Source: Girardia tigrina (lineage: Eukaryota). From it: a stretch of DNA of 64,000 nt. The notes under the pieces were generated by a model. The model saw only the letters and a list, made by a program, of their open reading frames with translations, was not told where the DNA came from and searched no databases. Positions 26,364-39,735 of this stretch are shown in pieces (within the stretch, counting starts at the first letter, position 1; every line of letters starts with the position of its first letter). The translations under genes and the position numbers were made by a program. Where the stretch lies: NCBI GenBank assembly GCA_001938485.1, contig MQRK01217781.1:21397-85396 (forward strand), given 5' to 3'.

Positions 26364-29300
26364 ATGAACAAACTAAATTGTTTTAGAAATGTGAAAATTA
26401 TTCGACACAGAAATTTGTGTTCAGAAACCAAAAATTCCGTCAAAATGGATTCAAATGAACACGATAAATTTGTTAATCTATCATCAAAGTGGTTCAAAGG
26501 TATTAGTTACAAGAGCCTTTGAGAGTTATTTTTTTGTGCAATAAGATGAATTAGCTCCGTTACGTACATTAAATAATATTCGCATTCCTTGGATTAAAGA
26601 CAGTTTAGCGTCTACTAGTTCTGTGGATTTTGACTCGTTGCTTCCTTTGAAGAACTTAAAATTACTTGATGTCGGCTGTGGTGGAGGAATACTGACCGAG
26701 GTTCGTCTACTTAGCACTCTATTTTGATATTGAACATTTAGACTGTTTAAATATGGGCACTGCCACATTTAAATAAGACACATGTAATTATTTGTCCGAG
26801 CAAAGTAAAAATTTGTGTTTATTTGGATTTTACACATTTTTATTTTTAATACAAGTTAGATGAGCACTGCGACAAAAAACGGGCGTAGTTCCGTATGGGC
26901 CCAAGTTAATATAAAAATATTATAAGCATATCTGGAGAAATATTTTTATAAAATTTAAAAATTTATTTGAAAAACCACTTAGACAAGCAAAAATATAAAA
27001 ATTTGATTATACAATCACTAACCTCTGGTTTATTTTATGTATATTTTAAAATTAAATTTGTTTTCTCTCATTTTAAAAACTATTTCTTATTTTTTCTTAT
27101 TTTCGCATAGAAAAATTAATTGAAAATAATTTAAAAAATAGAAAAAACAATTCCAAAAAATTATTCAATTTTAAATATTGGAGCGGAGAATTGCTGATTT
27201 GACCGAACATTTTTGCTAGTTTCAGGAAAATATAAATGAAATATATAATTAAATTAAAAGAAATAATTAAATAAGTAAATAAATTAAAAAAAAAATAATA
27301 AATAACTAAATAAATTAAATAAATGAATTTTAATTGAATCTAATGAGAGTGGAAAAAATTGTCGACATATAAAAATAAACATCATGTAATTAAGAATGTT
27401 TAATCTCAAAATAATCAAATAAAGCGAAAGGGAAATGTAGATCGATAAAGACGATTTCGTAAATAAAAACTGTCGAGTAATTACAAATTCGATATTATTC
27501 GTTTAGGATTTAGTGGAAAATTCTGATTCCGGTGAGATCGGTCGTGATTTGTAATCAATTTGAATGTCCGATATAATAGGGTGTGTTTGAATAGTCTAAT
27601 TAATAACGTTGTTGAAATTATGTATGTGTGTGTGTAAATTATGTTATTTTTCTGACCAAATGGTGAGCCTCTTTTGATTGTGTGAGTGTCTGGATTGCGT
27701 GTGTGTTAAAATGTGATATGTATATAAATGAGTGTGAATGCACGTGTGTTTATGTTATGTCCAATAGGACAAAAAATGTAAAATAAATAAATCTAATTTG
27801 TTGGTAAACGTGTGTAAGGTATGCGAGTGTGTGTGTGTACCCAGAGAATTGTTGTTATGAGCATTTGTCAGAAATTTGAATGAAAGTTGGAAAAAAAGTT
27901 GAATTTTGAGTTGTATTAAAAATTTAAAAGAACAAATAAAATATTTCAAGTTGGAAAATAATTTTTTGTCTTCATTTTCAATTCCACGTAAACTTAAAAA
28001 TGATCTTGCTGACAAATTTAAAAATAAACGATGCCATGGTGTTAGCGGCCTCAATGCAAGAAGATTAAAAGTTTAAATAATCATCAAAATCAAGCGAAAC
28101 TATTGTTTAAGAAAATGACTAATTTATATTATTCAATTTGTTCCATAAAAAGTGATCTATATATGTTTCATGATTTAATTGATAGAGAAATTTGTTGTAT
28201 CATAACTAAAAAGGAATTTTCTAAAAAAGTGGCATTTGCATTTTTGTTTGATATTATAGGTGAATTTCATAATAAATATGGCAATAAATTCGAAATTGCA
28301 TCGAGACCGTATGCATTTATTGAGTTCGATAAAGATATTTAAAATTCACAAAACAATTCACTCGAACACCAATAACTTTTACTCAAATTAATTCTAATTT
28401 AAACGTTCAAAGAATTATAGTGAAAAACATTGACGATGTAATTCAATGAGGAGAATCTCTGAGTGCTTTAGAGGATAAATTGACCGACAGTTCTTCTCTT
28501 TTCAAAACATGGAGACACGGCTTCCTGTCCAAATATGAATAATATCATAAGCGTACGTGGAAAAATATGAAATCAATTTTAAACATTTATTTCCATGTGA
28601 AATCGTTGTATGAATATTTTCTAAAATAAGTCTGTGAATTTAGTGTTTACTCATTCACTTTTTTTTACTTAAAAAATTTTAAATAAATTTTTTAAAATAT
28701 TTTTCCTCATATGCTTATAATATTTTTTATAATAGATTTGGCCGCTATGGAATTTAACCCTAAAAAATTAATATAATTGGACAAAAAATCACTTTGAATA
28801 TTTAAATTATGTTTATAAAACTTTATTAATAGTTTCAGTACCTATTTTTTCATAATTATGATCAAAGTTACTATTTTGGTCCTTCTATGATTTAAATGAC
28901 ATCTCACCAACTTATCCTAGATTTAGCTTTATCTACTTGATTGATTATGTTCAACAATTTTAGTAATTTTCCTCCAGTGTGGCCTCTCCCGACTTTATGG
29001 ATAACTGGGTTGCAGCATTGGTGCACATGGTATTGAACCATACACTCTGAGTGGGTTAAACCTTTGAATCGAAATAGAGTTCGTTCTCCAAGTCCAAGGG
29101 TGCATGTTTGTGATCTTTCAGAGCCATCGGCCGTTTTGGTTTACTGCATATGAAAGACAAGTTGTCATTCTTGTTCCTTAATTTTGTAAACCTTTTGCTG
29201 AACCGACACTTTTCTTACAACAAGGAAAAGAACAGAGGAATGTACCTTTGGTTTTCATGCCTATGAGTCGAAAAGGTTTTACTTCGCCTTATTCAGGCCT

Positions 29301-32300
29301 TTCAGAATATATTTCCATAACTAAGAATCTTTCATTCGCGAGAATTAACTGAATTTTACTTTTTCCTGATTCTTTAATCAACATACCAGTCTATAATCTT
29401 TAACCCTTTCAATACGACTTTTGGCCAGTGAAAATATTTTGGTATAATTGAACTACATGTGCTGTAAATGGGTAAAGGGAGATATTTACGTAATTTCATA
29501 TTTTTAGAAAATATAGTTTTTTGAAAAAATACCTTTGGTAACATATGTCCCTGCAGTAGTTTTATTATGGAATAAATATATCCCAATAATATTTGAACAT
29601 TTCTGGGATTTATATATCCCCGCAGTATTGTAATGGTTAACACATTCACTGTTCAAGGGTTTATTAACTATTTACATTATGAATCATATGTGATACTTGG
29701 AGAGTGAATGTGTCTCTGTCTAGTTAAGACTATTTAATATCATCATGATTATATTAATCATTCATTTGTTTTGTAGCTATAAATATAGTTATCCATTGGG
29801 TATATAAATAAACCACCTCTTCTTCTGGGTTGTGCGATAATAAATTCCACTCACATCATATATCTTTTCAGCTCTTTTTATTCTGAATATTCTTTTAAAC
29901 ACCATGAACCTGCAACCAATAATAGTACCACGTGGTTGCTACATTTTCTGATAAGTGATACTCTGTTCTTCTGTTTTGTGAATTATTTCACTTATCGAAC
30001 CTTTACTCATGTGTTTGAATCCCTCATTGTTTCGAGATCGGGCTGTTTCTACTAAACTTTATTTAAATTCATCTATTTCTTTCACAGCACCAAATAGTCA
30101 TAACATTTTAATTTATTCTTTCTCATATCAGCTTCTTCTGTCATCTGCTGATTTTATGTTTGTCTGATTTTTTCACCATATGAAACCCTAAACCATATTT
30201 ACCAGAAATTCCACTAATTGGGATGGGAAGTCTGAAGTTAACCTCGGTATTTTCTTGACCTTTTCCCTTTAACTAACACTTATTAAAAGCTCTGTAAGAT
30301 TATTTACATTCGAAAACATTCATTTATCATAATTATGTCAATGTAGTCCTTATAATTTATTTTGCTTAATAATCATATTAATTCTTAGATTCATAAATCT
30401 TTTATCTGAAACGTAATAGTAGATACAAAATAATGAAAATAACATTGTGGATGAAAAATAACAAATAAAACAGTCTCTTCTGGATTTTTATTAAAAAAAC
30501 GAAATTATTTTCTTTTCAACCTAATTTTTTGAGGACTTTAAAATTTTTAGTTAAATACTGTTTTTCTAATTTGTATAATATTTTTAATGTTTTAACTGTA
30601 GTCTGTTAATTTTAGCCATTGGCTCGATTGGGGGCTTCTGTTACAGGAATAGACACCGTTAGAGAAAATATAGAGTTTGCTAAATCAAGAATAGCAAATA
30701 ATTTTCCTGGTTTAGATCGAAAAAGATTTGGTTAAAATATTACTTTTATAACTATCTCAATAAAATCTTTTATAGAATCAAATATTGAATTTCTTCATAG
30801 TGATGTTGAAACTCTTCTGTCGAACAATCGAACATGTTATTATGATGGAATTATTGCATCAGAAGTTCTTGAGCACGTGTCAGATTGGAGATTAATGATT
30901 GGTCATTTATTTCAATTATTGAAGGTTTTTGAGTGTTTTATAATGATAATTGAATATTAATAAAATCTATGGTTCATAATTCAATGTCACTATTGTGCAT
31001 AATCTTCATATAATTTTCTAGTCATTCTTTTTCAGGCAAATGGTATTCTTTTTATTACCACCTTAAATCGAACGTGGTTATCATATTTGTTTGCAATTCA
31101 ACTCGCCGAAAGATGTATTGTTCCAAAAGGAACTCATGATTGGGATAAATTCATAACACCAGATGAGCTTAACAGCTGTTTGAAAAAGAGTAAATCTTTA
31201 TTTATCATAATTATCTACAAGTTTTCATACGTAAATAAATTAGGTATTAAAAATTTTTTAAATAATAACAATCAGGCGCGTATGTAGGGGGGATTAGGGA
31301 GATAAATGCCACCGTAAAAACATTTTTTTAATTACGATCTTTATTATTTCTAAGCTTTTTAGCAGCATATTATTAGGGTGAACCAAAAGTCTTTTCGTAT
31401 TGTTTATTAAAAATTTAAACATAATTTTACAACAAATAAAAAACATTTAAGTTTCAAAGTAAAGGCCATTTGAATCTATAGCTTGAACCAATCTATGGGC
31501 AAGTTGTGCGATCCCGCTGCGGTACCAATCCTTGTTCTTAGAAGCGAAGAACTGGTGACACCCGTTTTTGACCTCGGCCAGATTATTGAAGCTATGATCA
31601 TGAAGAAAGTGTGCCATAGAGCGGAAAAGGTGATAGTCGGATAGCGCAAGATCCGGACTATCCGCTGGGTGTGGAAGAAGTTCAAAGGCGTCGAGATTTT
31701 TGATTTTTTCCTTTGTTTGTTTGGCGGTGTGCGGTTTTGCATTGTCTTGTTGTAGAAGAACTCGCTTTCGATTGATCAAAGCGGAGTATTTCTCGCCAAG
31801 TGCCGCATACATTCGATCAAGTTGGGTGCAGTAAAGGTCAGCGTCGATGGTATGACCATTTGGAACCAGCTCGAAGTGAATCACGGCTTCGAAATTCCAC
31901 CAAACACACAAAAGTGCCTTCCTTGAGAAACGATCTCGTTTCGCTCCGGTTTCACCATTTGTCCGGGGTCCAACCATTGATTTTGTTGGTCTGGATAACT
32001 GAAGTAAACCCACTTTTCATCGCAAGTTACAATTCGACGGATGAAACGGTCATCGCGCGGATTTCCAAGCAATTTTTGACAAGTTTCGAAACGCTTTTCG
32101 GCTTGAATTTGTGTCAATTCATGAGGCACTTCTCGACATCATCTATTGACCTTACCAAGAGCGTGAAGGTGTCGTACAATGGATTTTTGAAGAATATCGA
32201 GTTCGGCCGACAATCTGCGAGTACTTATTGACGGATTTGTCTCGACGGCTTCACGAATTGCTCCGGAATCTACGGTGATAGGTCGGCCTGAACGTGCATT

Positions 32301-35300
32301 GTCTCCGAGGTCAATGTCGCCTTCGTTGAATCTTTTGAACCAATTTTGTGCAGTACGATTTGAGACCACATGATCGTCTTTAACTTCGCATATCTTCTTT
32401 GTTGCTGCAGTTGCGTTTGAGCCCTGTTTCCAGTAATGGCGTAAAAGAACACGAATTTCAAAATTTTCCATGATTTTTCTAAAAAACCATAAAAATTATA
32501 TTAACGATTAATTAGAAGTTTTAATATATATTGTGATAGAGCAGTTCAAGAGCTTTAAAAACATATAACACATGTATATAAAATATCTTTATTTGGTAAT
32601 AAGAAACAATTGAACAAAAAGACGTAGAAAATACGAAGACTTTTGGTTCACCCTAATAATAAGAATAATTTAAAATTCTTATGTTTAAAATGTGAAATCT
32701 ACAAATGTTTAAGAATTTTTTTTAAAAATTTAAGTAAATTGCCCACTGAAAAAAACTAAATTATTATCTTAATAACTTCAATGTTTTTAACCAATAGGAA
32801 TAAGTTAAAATATTTGAGTTATAATTTGTGAACTATCCGAAACAATTAATATTTCGAAAATTTAAGAAAATCCCTCCCCCACCCAAAAAAAATATAATTA
32901 TGATCTTTATTACCCATAAGTTTTGCAGAACATAGAAAATTTTCTTCTTCAAATCATAAAACATGTTGCAGACAACGAAATCCCCCTATCTATAGTAGAG
33001 ATGGGCGATTGTGACCCGACCCGGTATCGGATCGGGTTCGGGCGGGTTAGCGATTTGTTACTTCGGGTCGGGTCGGGTTACAGTTTAAAAAATCGGGTTG
33101 AGTTCGGGTTGATAAATTTCCGATTTAGCACAATGTTTCAAATCCAACATGTAGTGGTTGTAGTGTATTATCTACCTTTCTTATTTTTATTTTTTAATAA
33201 TAATAATTTTTTTAAATAATAATATTATTTTTTTAAAAAGTAAAATATTTTAATGTTAATATCCTTATTAAATATTTTAAAATTAAAAATGATATAATAA
33301 AACAACTATTAAAAAATCAAATACGTATTTAAAAATAAAATGTTTTTAATGTTTTTTTTAAATATTTTGAAAAAAATTAAAAATGATAAGAACACCATTA
33401 AATATTTATTTATAAATAAAAATATTTTTATTGTCATAACAATTTATATATTTTAATAGAAGTATTAAGCAATTTAAATAAATTTTAAAATATTTTTTGG
33501 TTTTAATGTGAAATGTATTTAATAAATTTGCAAGATTTTAAAAATTGAATCGAAAAGAATTTAATAGATTAATTTGTGGCGAGATAATTAAATTAACAGA
33601 AAAATTTGTTTTAAATATGTGAATAAATGTTATATAAATAAAGTTTGGTGTTAAAAAAATAAATTCGGATATTGATGTTGCAACTACCTCTCATTCATTA
33701 TTTTCATTTCATTCATTCATTTAATTCTTATCCAACTTACTTGTAATAATTCTTTCATGCATAATTAAAATATCCATGGGATAATATTAAATTTAAAAAT
33801 TAAATCAATGCAGAAATTAATGAAACAGAATTAAGAAATACAATTCATTAAACTGAACGATTGAAATTTACATTTGTTTTTTTTCGTAAGAATTAAGAGA
33901 ATCGAATTTCTCTTAACTAAAATAAAATAGTTTTGACACTAAAAATAATCAACAGTGGCAATGAAGTTCTCCTAAAGTGCATAAATAAGTGTCTATTGGA
34001 TGATTTGATTAGCTTTTTGACAGAATTTCGTAATGAAGCTAAAGAAAACTGATAACAATTTCTCCTCCAAAATTAATCAAGAACAAGTGAAAAATTTAAA
34101 CGGAAAATATCCTTAAATTGGTTGAAGTTATAAAGTCCCACCAACATAGCTCAAAACTGAACTATCCAATAATCATTTCTTTTGTCTGAAGGCCATGTTT
34201 TTGAGAAAATTAGAAGACAGTATTGTTAATTCTTATCTAAACGGGTAGGGTCGCGCTATAATAAAATCGGGTTGGCTTGGGTTCGGGTTTGACTCATGAA
34301 AATTCAACAAGATTGATTAAAATTAATCGAGCGAATAGATTAAAGTAACTTTATTTGTTATTATCAATACCTCTTCGCTGACTCATTTCTCGTTATTGTG
34401 ATCTCAAAGACCTTTTTTTAGATCTTTCTTTTAAAGTGGCAATCGTTCAATATATTATTATAATAGATCAAATTGTTATTATTATAAAGTTAAATCAAGA
34501 TATTGTTGTTAGATTCGATTGAAGAGTAATTTCTATTTCAATCGGGTTTCACAACAGTGGTCACCATTTTAAGATAAATTTAGAAAATTAATTTCTATAT
34601 AAATATTTATACATATAAATTAAATATATTAAAATTCAATACGCCAAACTTTCCGGCCTCAATCGAGATTTACCAAAGACAATAAAGCAAAATGTTGTTG
34701 TGCTTTGGAATAGCGATCTTGTTATGTTGGAAAGCGTAGCATTAACATTGGACGAACTGACACTAAAAATAATCAACAGTGGCAATAAAGTTCTCCTAAA
34801 GTGCATCAATAAGTGTCTATTGGATGATTTGATTAGCTTTTTGATAGAATTTCATTGAGAACTCCAACAATCCACTGTGTGCCTAACTGGATAAGGCGGC
34901 TGCAGCATTTGTGCTCTCAAGAATGCCAGCGAGTTTCACTCAATACATGAAAGTCAGTAGCAAGTCTTGCTATTCGTGGTAAATTTTTGGCGCTGCTTTC
35001 TCTTATTCATTTCACTGTTGTTTTCCTGAATCCTCGAGCTAAAAATTCGTCCACCTTTCTGATCTCTGAGCAACAGTCATTCGCTCTTCAGTACATAAAA
35101 GAAACTTTGAAACTAGTTCAGCAATTTGTTGACGTAAGTGAAAGTGTCGTCACTAGTGAAAGTGAATTTTGTCACCTATAATTTGTTGTTCAATAAAGAT
35201 TTATTTACATTCGGGTTAATTCGGATTGTTGTGAAATACATTCGGGTAGGGTCGCGCTATAATAAAATCGGGTTGGCCTGGGTTCGGGTTTGACTCATGA

Positions 35301-36438
35301 AAATTCGGGTCAGGTTGAGAGACTTTTAAGGTTGAACGCCAATCTCTAATCTAAGAGAAGCCAGTAATGAACAATGACCAAGTGATATTAGTTGTATAAT
35401 TGGTATTTACTCTTGGTATTGTACTGGTAATATACTCTTGATGGAGGTGCAGCAGGTCAAAGGCAAGACGACACACGTACAGCCGGTTTTAGATTACAGG
35501 TTATTGATCTAACACATTCATAGCTAACCGGACGGGAATGGAGAAAATTAAGTGCTAACTGCTTTGTAATTGATTTGAAAAAGGCTTACTTACAAGTCCA
35601 TGTGATGAAGAGGTTATGGTTCGGTATGTCGATTGCATTGAAAGACATGTCTAGGATAGTCGAAATCATGCTCAATAAAGAGCGAAATGATTTCTTCGTC
35701 AGGATTAATTGATGACGTATTTATTGTAAAAAGCTATTGCCTTCCTATTCTCCTTTTTCTAAATCAAATTGAAAACACGTTCAGTAATTTGAAGGAAATT
35801 ACAAAAAAAGGTCCAATCAAATACTTGAGACTGGCCTAATGGCAGCTATATATAATGGCTCAAAGACTGTGAAGGCTATTTTAGGTACATGTTGTCTTAT
35901 ATTCCTAGGTGGTTGAATCAAGAAGACATTGTATTTGACTGTCTTGATTTCGAACGAGGATGAACCGTAGATATTGGTACGTCAATAGAACCAATAAGTA
36001 TTCCACTGCTCTTTTTGGCAAAAAATAATCAACTTATCTTCTAGTATATCCTCAGTTCGGAGATTTGTATCAGGCCTCAACAAGCATGTTTGATTGAAAG
36101 CTTATATTCTAAAAAAAATCTACAAACTTTTTTGTTGGTAAAAAACTTCACCCATAAAAAGTATTTTCAAAATAACAGTCAGCTTTTAAAAGCAAAGGGA
36201 TTCTGAAACGAAATCCCAATAGGACATTTATTTCTGGACTAATTGTTATTATATGATTTTATAATATTTGGTTTTTATATATGCAATATGATTAAGATTT
36301 GTTTTGATAATTTAAGATAATTTTCGAGTGGTTATGGTTCAAGGAATGACAATCAATCCATTGACTTTAAATTGGAAATGGATTAACTCTACGTCGGTAA
36401 ATTTTGCTGTGGAAGCTTACAAATTATCAGATCAATGA
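26364..36438 (+). CDS. COQ3: Ubiquinone biosynthesis O-methyltransferase, 276 aa; exons 26364-26499, 26546-26700, 30616-30730, 30776-30924, 31036-31189, 36317-36438
   Basis: The spliced frame gives LRTLNNIRIPWI, LLDVGCGGGILTE|PLARLGASVTGID, IIASEVLEHV, LFITTLNRT, IVPKGTHDWDKFITPDEL and GMTINPLTLNWKW. Splice sites are GT-AG, with AATAAA downstream. Confidence 0.95.
26881..28760. mobile_element. Non-autonomous long-TIR element (GGG..CCC ends) carrying captured host DNA
   Basis: Imperfect TIRs of about 80 bp (gggcgtagttccgtatgggcccaag..aatattataagcatat.. versus its reverse complement at 28680-28760). Degenerate 8-bp flanks caaaaaac / taaaaaat. The backbone is homologous to 42504-43400. Confidence 0.7.
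28000..28497 (+). pseudogene. SEC22B: SEC22 (longin R-SNARE) pseudogene, intronless and lacking the transmembrane segment
   Basis: MILLT..LAASMQED*, QNQAKLLFKK, FSKKVAFAFL, SRPYAFIEFD and VQRIIVKNIDDVIQ*GESLSALEDK, with stops and frameshifts. Confidence 0.9.
28900..30250 (-). mobile_element. Highly degenerate LTR-retrotransposon pol/integrase remnant
   Basis: Fragmentary coding-like sequence on the - strand with many stops, interrupted by the MITE at 29404. Confidence 0.4.
29404..29636. mobile_element. piggyBac-type MITE
   Basis: TTAA TSDs at 29400-03 and 29637-40; TIR ccctttcaatac / gtattgtaatgg. Confidence 0.85.
31373..32656 (-). mobile_element. Full-length mariner (DD34D) element, 1284 bp, frameshifted transposase
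   Basis: TA-flanked TIRs ttagggtgaaccaaaagtctt. The transposase (32471 to 31447) spans three frames, with IVTCDEKWV, QQDNAKPH and SPDLALSDYHLF. Confidence 0.96.
32996..35348 (+). mobile_element. Internally deleted and rearranged hAT element
   Basis: TIR tagagatgggc / gccaatctcta, subterminal CGGGTT repeats at both ends and a residual FLNPR transposase segment. Internal duplications: 33936-34030 matches 34758-34850, and 34242-34306 matches 35243-35306. Confidence 0.75.
35370..35935 (+). mobile_element. IS630/Tc1-type transposase C-terminal remnant
   Basis: A degenerate LP.YSPFLNQIENTFS motif and a DCEGYFRYMLSYIPR tail. Confidence 0.6.
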
Positions 36439-36796
36439 GATGTTTCGTGTTAATATTCAATAAAACGATTAATTTTGCATTAACTCTTTCTTTTTATGTT
36501 AAAAATTTGTAATAAAATTGAGAATTTTCTATAATATGAAAAGTTAAAGAAAATAATATTTCCTGATATATGATGCCTCAACTATGACATGATTTGTTTA
36601 GTAAATAAAAATTGTTTGATTAAATTTTAACGAATGAATCATTTTACCATATGTTAAATATTTTATAACCGTGTTAATCACTATTGTCTGACAGGCAGCG
36701 CAGTGGAAACATAATTATAGTTCATTACGTGACTCTTGATAACCCCATATAACGGACCAATAGTTAAACGAATGTCTAAGATTGTGCTGAAATTAA

Positions 36797-36987
36797 CCCA
36801 TTATTGCCGAAAATTATGTAATATGAATTTTTCATAATTTTTCATGGCATTTCTTGGTCAAGGTCAGCCGGCTACTGCGCATGCATGCCTGGTGACAGAG
36901 AAACAAAACATAGCTAAATGCAATGTCTTTACTTTTACAGCCATTTTTATTAGCTGGGCACGAATGTTCCCGTTCGGCGTTAATGGG
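36797..36987. mobile_element. piggyBac-type MITE
   Basis: TTAA|cccattattgccgaa ... ttcggcgttaatggg|TTAA. Confidence 0.85.
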
Positions 36988-37899
36988 TTAAGTCGTTATA
37001 TATATCATATGTCCTATAATTAACAAAAAAAAAGTAAAAACGGTGTCTCTTGTGGGATCAACATCGTTCTCTGGATCTGTTTGACGGTCATTTCATCTAT
37101 TCCTTTTTATGTCCCCAATAATCAGAATTAATAGATCTGAATAGAGATTTTTCTCGATTTTCTGGCGATTCGTCAATTCATCTTTTAGGATTACATATCC
37201 AAGATATGACTCGCAACCAGTCTAACCTCGCCAAGACGAACATCACATTTCACCATTTCATTAGTAGGCTCAAAACACACATTGTTAATCTCAACAACAC
37301 TCAGTTGTTCAGTTCCGCAAGTTAATATAAACAAATTCATGCATTACATGTATATATAACTCATATTTATTTAATTTAAGCCGAGATCGATCAACTATTA
37401 AAAATCAAGCTCTGTTTTACATGTTGTTTACTAATTTATTATTTAGAACTGAACGGTGTTGTAATTGATTGTCGAAGATTTGAATTATTCATTGAAACTT
37501 TAAATAGTACAATTGTTAAATAGTACACAATTGTTAATAGATAATAAAGTTTTATTGAAGAATTTGTGTTCGCTTCTCACATATTTATATTGGCAGGAAA
37601 GGAGTCGTTTGACGTAATTTTAAAGTATGTTTTAAATACTATTCTACCTAAAGATGAATTTACCACATATATAACTTAAGAAAGACTCATCCTCAACGAA
37701 GGTCATTGACAATATTGAGTAAGGTCCAAAGGATGAGACGATTGACACACAAAGACTTGATTATCTCCGGACATAATAGTTTATTTCGAAAAGATTTGAC
37801 GACATCAGCGAAAATTCAGACTATAACACAGTGGAGATACATACAAGTACTGTCATCGATATTCTGGAGAAGATAGAGGAGATGGGATACAGAAGCCAT

Positions 37900-38045
37900 G
37901 AAAAATGCAGACCTGGAGAAATTCTTTTTTGAGCCCGAGACAATGTATGAATTTCAGAAATAAATTCTAGGGAAAGACATTGGAAACTATAAAAGGTGGG
38001 TAAAATCTTTCCCGGACGTGACAACATGATAAGAAAGACGATATT
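37900..38045 (+). mobile_element. BEL/Pao post-integrase fragment
   Basis: WKL..VKIFPGRDNMIR motif, frameshifted. Confidence 0.5.
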
Positions 38046-38952
38046 CGTTCAGTATAATAATATTTTAAATCAATCTATAACAATTACAGAATATTTTCTT
38101 TTTACAAATAAAATTACAAGTGTTAAATTGTGTATGTATGTGTGAATCCCCTTACTTATTCCCTTTTACATTAAAGGACTGGTTTTCGTTCAGAGTCTAA
38201 TAATTTAGAAAAAACGGTAACCCGGTTAGTAAAAATAAAATAATAATATCAAAGTGATTTTATTAATATTTAACTCTGTAGATAAAAGTAAAGATTTTAA
38301 TATTATTTGCTTAAAACCTTAGATCCGTGCCGCTGGAACAATTAAATTTTTCAGGCACAATCTAGTCTTCCACAAATTATAAGGCTTCGGTAATTATACT
38401 GAATTTCAAGAAAGTTGTCTCGGATTTCTTCGTATATAATCAAGTGAATTAACTGTCTTCTTCCAAGGAGAGTTTCTTGAACTGAACTATGGATAAAATT
38501 CTCGCCTAGTCCTTTTTCTTACCTGAACTATTGATAAAATTCTCGCACTAGTGATCTGTAGTGTTCACTAAATCAGATCATCAGCAGCAACCAATTAAGA
38601 ATTTTTTTCAGGTGATATGTAATTTAATTTTTTGATTTTTAATTTTGAAAAAAAATTCTTAATTGGATTTGCGACCCCTGAAATTTTTAAAACTGAAAAA
38701 TTCAGATGCACATTAAAAAATTTTTAAAACAATTAAAGAAAATTTTGAAATATAAAAAAAACTGTTATGAATTTATAAAAAATGACAAAAAATCGAACTT
38801 TGTTTATACGAATTAATTTTTGATTATTTCGCGAGTTTATTATAAACATTTGTATATTATCCAAAGTCGCCATTGAAAAATTGTTCTCGAGAATTAACTG
38901 TTTAACTGAATCATTTTTGGTCTTTTTTCTCTCACTTTCCATTTAATCGAGT

Positions 38953-39735
38953 ATGGAAGCAATCGGTTTATATAATTTCACTTCAAAAGAACCCGATGAA
39001 TTGAGTTTTGCCAAAGGCGCTCAACTCAAAATTCTCAATATGGAAGACGATCCCAATTGGTTCAAAGCCGAATGTGATAGTAAAACGGGTCTCGTCCCAG
39101 CCAAGTACATCGAAATGCAGCCCCATCCGTGTCTTTCAGTAAATATGCAATCGATCGATGACACGATCGTATTGATGTTGTCGAAAATCCGTAACGAATA
39201 CAACCACCAGGCGATCAATTCGGTCGATCATTCCGGGAATAGCGCTTCCGATTTGTCCTGGATATCGTTGATCGATCACGATCGATCGTCAAAGGGAATT
39301 GTCGCCAATAACAACATGGACTCGTCGAATTCGAAACCGGTGGTGTTTCCCGACTCGTATTATCCGCCAATCGATCAACCTCAACTTCAACAGTCAATTA
39401 TGATTGGTAAATCGCTATCGACCTCGACAATCAAGAAACTGGTGAGTTGTCGAATTGAATCGTCAACGGGAACAACGACCGAACCACAATCTTTCATCGT
39501 CTGGATCACGGTGCGTGCAGGTGTGGTGGCGACGCTTCGAAAGTACGAACGCCACCAAAATATGGTAAGCTTTATCGATCGGCGAGCGAATCTTCCCGTG
39601 TCACATTTCAGTACACGACCACTTGGCTCGTTCCATGAGATACACGGAACACATCCCGGGCACATCAAATATCGATCTCAACATGCTCTGTTATTTCTTC
39701 TTTTTATACCTTCTTCTAACTCTGTAGGCTGCTAA
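38953..39735 (+). CDS. Chimeric ORF: GRB2/Drk-type N-terminal SH3 domain followed by unrelated sequence (no SH2)
   Basis: MEAIGLYNFTSKEPDELSFAKGAQLKILNMEDDPNWFKAECDSKTGLVPAKYIEMQPHP matches the GRB2 N-SH3. The similarity stops at HP. Confidence 0.6.
   Translation: MEAIGLYNFTSKEPDELSFAKGAQLKILNMEDDPNWFKAECDSKTGLVPAKYIEMQPHPCLSVNMQSIDDTIVLMLSKIRNEYNHQAINSVDHSGNSASDLSWISLIDHDRSSKGIVANNNMDSSNSKPVVFPDSYYPPIDQPQLQQSIMIGKSLSTSTIKKLVSCRIESSTGTTTEPQSFIVWITVRAGVVATLRKYERHQNMVSFIDRRANLPVSHFSTRPLGSFHEIHGTHPGHIKYRSQHALLFLLFIPSSNSVGC

Noticed and set aside
31800-32231. 143-aa + strand ORF
   Set aside because: Antisense shadow of the mariner transposase.
38733-38942. ORF head-to-head with the SH3 ORF, with ATGs only 10 bp apart
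   Set aside because: There is no room for promoters and no recognisable domain; it is probably the antisense of a 5' UTR.
39021-39668. Minus-strand ORFs overlapping the SH3 chimera
   Set aside because: They are interrupted by stops and look like antisense shadows of the + strand ORF.
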